This document shows, in pieces, positions 1 to 6,278 of a DNA stretch of 64,000 nucleotides (position 1 is the stretch's first letter; each line of letters starts with the position of its first letter). The stretch spans positions 6,543,391 to 6,607,390 of the forward strand of contig OZ252029.1 of the NCBI GenBank assembly GCA_965247515.1, read 5' to 3'. Both the position numbers and the translations under genes were made by a program. The notes under the pieces were generated by a model that saw nothing but the letters and a program-made list of their open reading frames with translations, searched no databases and was not told where the DNA came from. The stretch is from Bryobacterales bacterium. GTDB taxonomy: Bacteria > Acidobacteriota > Terriglobia > Bryobacterales > UBA6623.

Positions 1-1740
1 GCTTACACGGCGCTGGCGCAGGCACACTACTACCGGCGAGAACTGAGTGCGTTCCGTCCGGCCGCCGATCGAGTGTTGTCTCTCAATCCGCGAGACACGA
101 ACAATGTCGGCTTGATGGGCCTCCTGATTGCGTACAGCGGTGATTGGACTAAGGGATGCTCGATTGTCCGGAAACTCATCCAACTGAACCCTCACCACGC
201 GGGATGGCTGCACTTCGTCTTCGTCTGGGATCACTACCGGAAGCAGGAGTACGCACAAGCGCTTGAAGCCGCCGAGAAGGTCAATATGCCCGGCTATCCG
301 TGGGCAAGCGGCGTGTTAGCCATGGCCAACGCCCAGCTCGGACGGAAAGAGCAGGCGCGGAAGCACGTCAAGAGGTTTGTCGAGCTCTGGCCGGATGGCG
401 CCGGGAACCCGCGGCGCGAGCTACGCAAATGGTGGTTCTCCGAAGAGTTTGTGGAGCAACTCATCGATGGTCTGCGCAAGGCGGGGCTCGAAATCCCCGG
501 AGACACCCAGCCTGCCGTGGCCGCGCCGTCCGAAGTCCCGCGACTGGCTGTGCTGCCGCTCAAGACGCGGGCTGGCGACGCGGAGATCGAGTCCTTTGCA
601 GAGGGGCTGACGGAAGAGATCACGTCGGGACTTTCGCAATTCCGTCACCTGGTTGTTATGTCGGCGAGCGCTGCGGCTCGCTTCAAAGGACCAATCGACA
701 CCAGCGAGGTCGGCAAGCAGCTCGACGCGCGCTTCTTGCTCGAGGGAAGCGCCCGAAAAACCGGATCGAACATCCGGGTGAGCGCGCAGCTAGTCGACGC
801 GACGACAGGCGCTCATTTGTGGGCCGAGCGTTTCGACCGCGACCTCGGCTCCGTCGATATTCTTGCGGTGCAGGACGAGCTGACAGACCGCATCGTGGCC
901 ACCGTAGCCGACTCTTCCGGAGTGCTGACGCGATCGCTAGGCGTTCTAGCGAAGGCGAAGCCCGTCGACAAGCTCACGGCACACGAGTGCGTGCTGCGGA
1001 CGTTTGTCTATTGGCAGCAAGTGATGCCGGATGAACACGCCGAGATGAGGACGGCGCTCGAGGGGGCGCTCGAGCGAGAGCCCAACCACGCCGAGGCATG
1101 GGCCTGTCTCTCGTGGGTGTTTCTCGACGAATTTCGGTTCGATTTCAATGTCCTACCCAATGCGCTGGACCGAGCCCTACAGGCGGCGCAGCGAGCCGTT
1201 AAGCTGGACGCAACGAGCCAGCTAGCCTACCGTGCGCTTGCGGAAGCTCATTACTTCCGCAAGGAGCGTGGGGCGTTCGTTCAAGCCGCAGACCGCGTGT
1301 TGGCGCTCAATCCGCGAGACACGAGCAATGTGGGCATGATCGGCAATCTGATCGCCATTGCCGGCGAATGGGAAAGGGGATGTGAGGCGGTTCGGAAGGT
1401 CATGCAACTCAACCCGCACCACGCCGGTTGGTTGAACTTCGTTTTCGTCGAACATCATTACCACAAGAGGGAGTACGAACAAGCCCTCGAAGCAGCCGAG
1501 AAGGTCAACATGCCCGGCCACTATCCGCTTCACGCCGACCTAGCCATCATCAACGCCCAGCTCGGACGAGCCGAGGAGGCGCGCAAGCACCTGAAAACGT
1601 TCCTCGAGCTGGCGCCCGACGCCGCGCGGAACTTTCGGGCCGAGATGTCGAAATGGTATTTCTCGGACGAGCTCGCCGAGCATAAGCTGGACGGGTTGCG
1701 TAAGGCCGGGCTCGATGTCGATGGCGAGGCGCCGGCGTGA
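1..1740 (+). CDS. TPR-repeat protein with an internal TolB_N-like periplasmic module; 5' end lies off-window; contains two copies of the same ~140-aa C-terminal module
   Basis: Frame 1 is open from base 1 (AYTALAQAHYYRRELSAFRPAADRVLSLNPRDTNNVG). The same stretch recurs later (AYRALAEAHYFRKERGAFVQAADRVLALNPRDTSNVG). The middle carries LAVLPLKTRAGDAEIESFAEGLTEEITSGLS...AQLVDATTGAHLWAERFDR, typical of TolB_N-like domains in cyclase/CadC-type proteins. Confidence 0.6.
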   Translation, partial: AYTALAQAHYYRRELSAFRPAADRVLSLNPRDTNNVGLMGLLIAYSGDWTKGCSIVRKLIQLNPHHAGWLHFVFVWDHYRKQEYAQALEAAEKVNMPGYPWASGVLAMANAQLGRKEQARKHVKRFVELWPDGAGNPRRELRKWWFSEEFVEQLIDGLRKAGLEIPGDTQPAVAAPSEVPRLAVLPLKTRAGDAEIESFAEGLTEEITSGLSQFRHLVVMSASAAARFKGPIDTSEVGKQLDARFLLEGSARKTGSNIRVSAQLVDATTGAHLWAERFDRDLGSVDILAVQDELTDRIVATVADSSGVLTRSLGVLAKAKPVDKLTAHECVLRTFVYWQQVMPDEHAEMRTALEGALEREPNHAEAWACLSWVFLDEFRFDFNVLPNALDRALQAAQRAVKLDATSQLAYRALAEAHYFRKERGAFVQAADRVLALNPRDTSNVGMIGNLIAIAGEWERGCEAVRKVMQLNPHHAGWLNFVFVEHHYHKREYEQALEAAEKVNMPGHYPLHADLAIINAQLGRAEEARKHLKTFLELAPDAARNFRAEMSKWYFSDELAEHKLDGLRKAGLDVDGEAPA

Positions 1741-1750
1741 GACGAATGGC

Positions 1751-1770
1751 GGGCGAGGCATGCCTCGCCC
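1751..1770. repeat. REP family A: 20-bp perfect palindrome GGGCGAGGCATGCCTCGCCC followed by CTACG
   Basis: Perfect self-complementary 20-mer 11 nt after the stop at 1740. The same sequence occurs at 5361-5380 and, with one mismatch, at 55960-55979. Confidence 0.85.
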
Positions 1771-1858
1771 CTACGCGCGCGTTGAGACACGTAAACGCAA
1801 GGAGGACCGCAAACGCCAACAGCGCCCGCGGCCCTGAAACCCTGTCCGAATCCGAAAC

Positions 1859-2206
1859 TTACGAGAAGCTCAAGATCGCGTCGGCTTCGTTGTCGTGCGA
1901 CTCGAAGATCGTGTACAGCTTCATGATTTGCAGCAGATCGTTGACCTTTTTCTGCACGTTGAGCAGCTTCACTTTGGCGCCCGCGTTGGAGGCTGTGGTG
2001 AAGGTCGAAACGAGTTGGCCAAGACCCGAGCTATCGATGTAGCTCACCTCGCCAAGGTTCAACAAGATCTTCTTGGCGCCTCCGTCGAGAATTCCCTTCA
2101 CTGAGTCGCGAAGCTTGCCCGATGATGTGTCACCAAGTGTAATGCGCCCGCCCAGGTCGACAATGGTAACGCCGTCAACCTCGCGAGTTCCTACGTCTAA
2201 GCTCAT
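1859..2206 (-). CDS. STAS-domain anti-sigma-factor antagonist (RsbV/SpoIIAA-like)
   Basis: 115 aa. GRITLGDTS...LLNLGEVSYIDSSGLGQLV...KVKLLNVQKKVNDLLQI is the STAS pattern with the conserved phospho-Ser context (DSSGLG). GGAGG lies upstream of the ATG. Confidence 0.85.
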   Translation of the reverse strand: MSLDVGTREVDGVTIVDLGGRITLGDTSSGKLRDSVKGILDGGAKKILLNLGEVSYIDSSGLGQLVSTFTTASNAGAKVKLLNVQKKVNDLLQIMKLYTIFESHDNEADAILSFS

Positions 2207-2208
2207 GA

Positions 2209-2652
2209 TTATTCCTCCTTCGTACTTTCCGCCGCCGGACCGTGAGCGACAAGCTTGGCTTGCATTCCCCCCGGCTCCGCCCGCTCCAGCGAGAACTCGT
2301 CCACAAGCGCTCGCATTAACAGTAGACCTCGCCCGGAAGTTTTGAGCAGATTTTCGGGCGCGGTCGGATCCGGCGCCTGTTCAGGGTCGAATCCTTCGCC
2401 TTCATCTCTGATCCCGACCGTCAAAGCCTCCGAGCTGGCCTCGACGCGAAAATGTATCGTCTTGTCCTGGCTGTAGCCGTTGCCGTGAGAGAGGGCGTTG
2501 ACCATCGACTCTCGCACGGCCAATCCAAGCTGACCGATCTTGTCTTCGGCGTAACCGGCTTCGCGCGCCAACCCCATAACGATCAGCTCCGCGGCGTCCA
2601 CGCTGTCGATTTTGCTCTCCAGCCGCAGCTCGAGGCTTCTACTTTCCGACAT
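2209..2652 (-). CDS. Anti-sigma regulatory Ser kinase (RsbW/SpoIIAB-like, HATPase_c)
   Basis: 147 aa. ...LAVRESMVNALSHGN...IRDEGEGFDP...SGRGLLLMRALVDEF are the N-box, G1-box and G2-box of GHKL kinases. Its stop is 2 nt before the STAS gene start, so the two form an operon. Confidence 0.8.
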   Translation of the reverse strand: MSESRSLELRLESKIDSVDAAELIVMGLAREAGYAEDKIGQLGLAVRESMVNALSHGNGYSQDKTIHFRVEASSEALTVGIRDEGEGFDPEQAPDPTAPENLLKTSGRGLLLMRALVDEFSLERAEPGGMQAKLVAHGPAAESTKEE

Positions 2653-2788
2653 TCAACGATGCGCCGATCGGCGGTCCGCCGACAAACAGGCAAGATCGCA
2701 TACTGTTTGAACGAAAGTCAAGCGGGGAGAGGTGAGCGGGGAGAGGTGAGCCGTCCGCTGCGCTAAGCTGTCCGCTGCGCTGAACTGT

Positions 2789-2863
2789 GAGCCGTGGGCT
2801 ACCCCCGATGTTACAGCGGTCTCAACTACAGGCCATCACAACCTGTTGGGTAGCCCACGGTTC
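2789..2863. repeat. Hairpin: 16-bp arms GAGCCGTGGGCTACCC / GGGTAGCCCACGGTTC with a 43-nt loop
   Basis: The arms are complementary with one mismatch. The hairpin lies between the sulfatase stop and the rsbW-like start. Confidence 0.7.
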
Positions 2864-2942
2864 AACGAAGTGGACGGTTCAGTGAAACGGACGGTTCAGT
2901 GAAACGGACGGTTCAGTGAAACGGACGGTTCAACGAAGTGGA
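2858..2942. repeat. Tandem array of five 17-bp units in an A-B-B-B-A order
   Basis: Units are CGGTTCAACGAAGTGGA (A) and CGGTTCAGTGAAACGGA (B), head to tail at 2858, 2875, 2892, 2909 and 2926, followed by a degenerate CGGCTCACGCTGG. Confidence 0.9.
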
Positions 2943-2959
2943 CGGCTCACGCTGGCCGG

Positions 2960-4444
2960 CTACCAATTTGGAGGGGGCGTCGCGGTCGGGTCAGGCGTCA
3001 GCCGGCCGCGGAAGATTGGGGCGTGAGCTTCTTCGCTTTTGGTCGTGCCGTGCCGGGGCAAGAGGAACTTCGGATTCTCGACCCAGCCGGCGGGGCGGAT
3101 GCTGGAGCCTGGGTGCTCGTCCCCATCTCCGAGGTCGGCCCGGGCCTCGTCGAGGTAGGTTTCCAGGCGCGCCACGACATGGGGGTATTGGGTGGCCAGA
3201 TCGGTCGACTCGGCCGTGTCGCGATCGAGGTTGTAGAGCTCTCCGGAGGTGTGGAGCTTCCACTCACCGCTGCGGACGGCCCGCAGGTTCGCGCGGCTGT
3301 AGTAGAAAAATTTTTGGTAGGGCGAGCGGGCGCCGGGTTCCCCGCTCAATATCGGCGAAATATCTCCGCCGTCGATTTTGCGGTCAGAGGGGAGCTCGGC
3401 GCCCGCCAGCTTGGCTAGCGTCGGCAGCACGTCCATCGTGCTCGTGACTCCGTCAAACGACGAGCCCGACGAGCCCGGAGCGATTGTACCTGGCCACCAT
3501 GCGATGGTAGGCTCGCGCATTCCGCCTTCGAAGGTCGACCCTTTGCGTCCCCGTAGAGGACCGGCGCTGCCGCGCGCGGGACCATTGTCGGAGGTGAACA
3601 GCACCAGCGTGTTTCCCCCCAGCCCGTGGAGCCGGATCGTGTCGAGGATGCGTCCGACGCTCCAGTCGATCTCTTGAATGGTGTCGCCTAAGATCGGGTT
3701 GTCCGCGTTCCTTGACACTTTTTGGAAGCGCTCGCCGGCAAACAGGGGGACGTGAACCATCGAGTGCGGCAGGTAGAGGAAGAAGGGCTCGTCGAGGTGG
3801 TCTTCGATGAATTTCACCGCTTCTTCGGTGTAATCGCCGGTTAGGCGGTGCTGATCTTTCAAGTTGACTGTCTGGATGACCTCTTCGTTTCGCAGTAAGG
3901 CTAGCGGGGGGTAGTTGCGATTACGAAACTCCGGGGCCTCCGGGATCATGTCGTTCGAATATGGCAGGCCGTAGTAGTAGTCGAACCCATGGCGCGTGGG
4001 CAGATACTCGGGCTGGTCGCCGAGGTGCCATTTGCCGATGCAGGCGGTGGCGTACCCTCGAGTCTTGAGGATCTCGGCAACGGTGATTTCGTCGGCGTGG
4101 ATGCCTTTCTCTTCCCCGGGGAACAGGACGCCCGACCAGGATGTCGAGTCGAGGCTGACGCGTTTGGGGTAGCTGCCAGTCATCAACGAGGCGCGGGACG
4201 GCGTACATACTGGCGCGGCATAGAAGCTGGTGAGCCGCATACCCTCTTCGGCCATTCGGTTGAGCTGTGGGGTGCGGTTGTGGGTCGAGCCGAAGGGTTC
4301 AATGTCGCCGTAGCCCATGTCGTCGACGAAGATGATGACGAAGTTGGGAGATCCGGTGACGCGGGCCGTGCGAGAAGTCGGGGCGGGTCTGCAGGCGACA
4401 AGAAGGGTAGCCAGGGCGAGAGAGAAACAGAGCGTGCGTCTCAT
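2960..4444 (-). CDS. Arylsulfatase (formylglycine-dependent sulfatase family), secreted
   Basis: PNFVIIFVDDMGYGD...CTPSRASLMTG (C-x-P-x-R FGly motif)...GKWHLG. Start set at the internal ATG 4444 (MRRTLCFSLALATLLVAC signal peptide), not the long ORF start at 4546. Confidence 0.9.
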   Translation of the reverse strand: MRRTLCFSLALATLLVACRPAPTSRTARVTGSPNFVIIFVDDMGYGDIEPFGSTHNRTPQLNRMAEEGMRLTSFYAAPVCTPSRASLMTGSYPKRVSLDSTSWSGVLFPGEEKGIHADEITVAEILKTRGYATACIGKWHLGDQPEYLPTRHGFDYYYGLPYSNDMIPEAPEFRNRNYPPLALLRNEEVIQTVNLKDQHRLTGDYTEEAVKFIEDHLDEPFFLYLPHSMVHVPLFAGERFQKVSRNADNPILGDTIQEIDWSVGRILDTIRLHGLGGNTLVLFTSDNGPARGSAGPLRGRKGSTFEGGMREPTIAWWPGTIAPGSSGSSFDGVTSTMDVLPTLAKLAGAELPSDRKIDGGDISPILSGEPGARSPYQKFFYYSRANLRAVRSGEWKLHTSGELYNLDRDTAESTDLATQYPHVVARLETYLDEARADLGDGDEHPGSSIRPAGWVENPKFLLPRHGTTKSEEAHAPIFRGRLTPDPTATPPPNW

Positions 4445-4564
4445 CCGTTGCTCCGGATTGAAAGAATAGCATGGGGTCGCCGGAGCGCGCGCTTGGCCTC
4501 TTGTCCAACCCGTAACCCAGGCGCTTCCAGGCTCGCCTGATAGCAAGTTACTGGAGGAACCTCA

Positions 4565-5335
4565 ATGCAACTTCGTTACATGCTTGCTCTGCTTGCGGCG
4601 GCGACGCTGCTGCCGGGCGCGGCCCATTTGGAATCGGAGCTGTTGCTGCCTGACAACCTCGAGTTGGTCAATAGCACCGCTGAGAAGGACACATTCAAAG
4701 GCAAGGCCGGAGTTAAGATCGCGATCTCCGAGGCTGCCGGCCGGCGCGTCGCCGAGCGGCGTGCCAGTGGCGCAAAGAAAGGAGGGAAGAAAGGCGGCAA
4801 GAAGGGTGGGCCGCCGAACTTCGCTGAGTTGGAGGCAAGTCGCGTCGAGGTGCTGGCTCTGCCAAAGGTCAAGGAATTCAGCAACGGCACGATTGAAGTC
4901 GATCTGGCCGGATCACCCGCGCCCGGAGCCACCGGCGGCTCCCGCGGATTCATCGGCGTGGCGTTTCGCGTACAGCCTGACAAGAAAACCTACGATGCAT
5001 ACTACCTGCGTCCGACAAACGGCCGCGCTGACGACCAGGAGCGCCGGAACCACTCGGCGCAGTACATCCATCACCCGCACGCGCCTTGGTTCAAGAGTCG
5101 CGCGGAGACGCCGAGCAAGTACGAAGCTTATGTCGATATCCAGCCCGACGAATGGATTCACGTCAAGATCACGGTCGACGGCGAGAAGTCGCGCCTGTAT
5201 ATCAACGGGAACGACCACCCGACCCTAGTTGTGAACGACCTGCATTCCGGGGCCGATGGTAAGGGCGCGGTGGCGTTGTGGCTGGAGTCTTCGACCGTGG
5301 CGCGTTATGCGAATCTGAAGGTCACGCATCGCTAG
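4565..5335 (+). CDS. Secreted protein with a concanavalin-A-like/DUF1080-like jelly-roll domain and a KKGGKKGGKKGG low-complexity insert
   Basis: Signal peptide MQLRYMLALLAAATLLPGAAH, with GGAGG 8 nt upstream. The C-terminal part WIHVKITVDGEKSRLYINGNDHPTLVVNDL...GAVALW resembles lectin/glucanase folds. The family call is tentative. Confidence 0.55.
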   Translation: MQLRYMLALLAAATLLPGAAHLESELLLPDNLELVNSTAEKDTFKGKAGVKIAISEAAGRRVAERRASGAKKGGKKGGKKGGPPNFAELEASRVEVLALPKVKEFSNGTIEVDLAGSPAPGATGGSRGFIGVAFRVQPDKKTYDAYYLRPTNGRADDQERRNHSAQYIHHPHAPWFKSRAETPSKYEAYVDIQPDEWIHVKITVDGEKSRLYINGNDHPTLVVNDLHSGADGKGAVALWLESSTVARYANLKVTHR

Positions 5336-5360
5336 TGCTAGTGAGGACGGAAGCAAGTGC

Positions 5361-5380
5361 GGGCGAGGCATGCCTCGCCC
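5361..5380. repeat. REP family A palindrome GGGCGAGGCATGCCTCGCCC
   Basis: Identical to 1751-1770. It starts 26 nt after the stop at 5335, between convergent genes. Confidence 0.85.
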
Positions 5381-5401
5381 CTACGGCCCTGCGTAGGATT
5401 C

Positions 5402-5986
5402 CTAGTCAACCTGTCGCATCAGGATTGACACCAGCTCCTGGCCGCCAAACATTGTGGTCGAAACCGTCATGCCCATCAGCTCGAACCCTTGGCGTCCGGC
5501 CTCGTTGAGCTCGCGCCCCATGGTCTTTGTGCGGGTCGTCGCTAGCAAGCGGTATTCGTATTGACGGTCGGGTTGGTCGAGCGCACGTTCGACGATCACG
5601 AGCACTTCCTGGCCGCCGAAAGACGTCTCGGCGACCGACTGACCGGCGTAGCGGTAGCCTTGTCGCCCAACTGCGGTGATTTCCTTCTGCATTGTTGAAG
5701 TCTTGTTCGTCGCCAGCAGTTTGTATTCGAAGCGTTGCACTCCGGGCTCGACGCTTGGATCGAGGTACATCACGGTGACGACCTCGTCGCCGCCTAGCGT
5801 CTCACCGGCCATCATGTCGACGAATCGATAGCCCGAGCGCGCGGCTTCGTTGATCTCGCTTTCGGTGGTCTTGGTCTTATTCGTGGCGAGCAGGCGGAAG
5901 GGATCGGGTCCGGAATTGGTCGCTAGCTCAGCGGCGCCGGCCGGCAGGCTAACGAGCGCGGCAAAAAAAAGATGCGTCAGTCTCAT
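5402..5986 (-). CDS. Secreted protein made of three ~60-aa internal repeats (LLATxKTxT...GYxF...FGGxE motif)
   Basis: Signal peptide MRLTHLFFAALVSLPAGAAE, with AAGGAG upstream. Repeats: FRLLATNKTKTTESEINEAARSGYRF..., FEYKLLATNKTSTMQKEITAVGRQGYRY..., YEYRLLATTRTKTMGRELNEAGRQGFEL... Confidence 0.7.
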   Translation of the reverse strand: MRLTHLFFAALVSLPAGAAELATNSGPDPFRLLATNKTKTTESEINEAARSGYRFVDMMAGETLGGDEVVTVMYLDPSVEPGVQRFEYKLLATNKTSTMQKEITAVGRQGYRYAGQSVAETSFGGQEVLVIVERALDQPDRQYEYRLLATTRTKTMGRELNEAGRQGFELMGMTVSTTMFGGQELVSILMRQVD

Positions 5987-5997
5987 TCGGTCTCCTT

Positions 5998-6034
5998 GTT
6001 GGCGAACGTCGTTGGCGAACGTCGTTGGCGAAAC
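5998..6034. repeat. 13-bp tandem repeat GTTGGCGAACGTC, about 2.8 copies
   Basis: Copies at 5998, 6011 and a partial one at 6024, directly upstream of the SD/ATG of the 5402-5986 gene (minus strand). Confidence 0.85.
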
Positions 6035-6117
6035 TTTTGTAAAGACGGCGGGTCATCCAGGACGGTTTCATTTCAGCATTCGGCCTCTGTTCATGCCTTG
6101 TCCAGGGCTCAGAGCGA

Positions 6118-6262
6118 GGGGTTGCAGGGGCGCGACATGTCGCGACCTTGTGCCGGGACCGCGACGAGAACATGGAGCCGTCGACGCCATTGCATCCGGG
6201 CATTCACCAAGGCCTCGCCGCGAGGGCGAGTTGAAGGGCGCGACATGTCGCGCCCCTACGCC
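6118..6262. repeat. Composite repeat B, copy 1: about 145 bp bounded by two CGCGACATGTCGCG-core palindromes
   Basis: Palindromes at 6131-6144 and 6236-6255 (GGGCGCGACATGTCGCGCCC). The interior GAGAACATGGAGCCGTCGACG...TTCACCAAGG...GTTGAAGGGCG matches 34148-34487. Confidence 0.7.
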
Positions 6263-6278
6263 ACCAGCAGACGTCAGC

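Noticed and set aside
2858-2942. Possible CRISPR array (regular short repeats)
   Set aside because: The units are 17 bp and directly abutting with no spacers, there are no cas genes, and there are only five copies. This is a tandem repeat, not a CRISPR.
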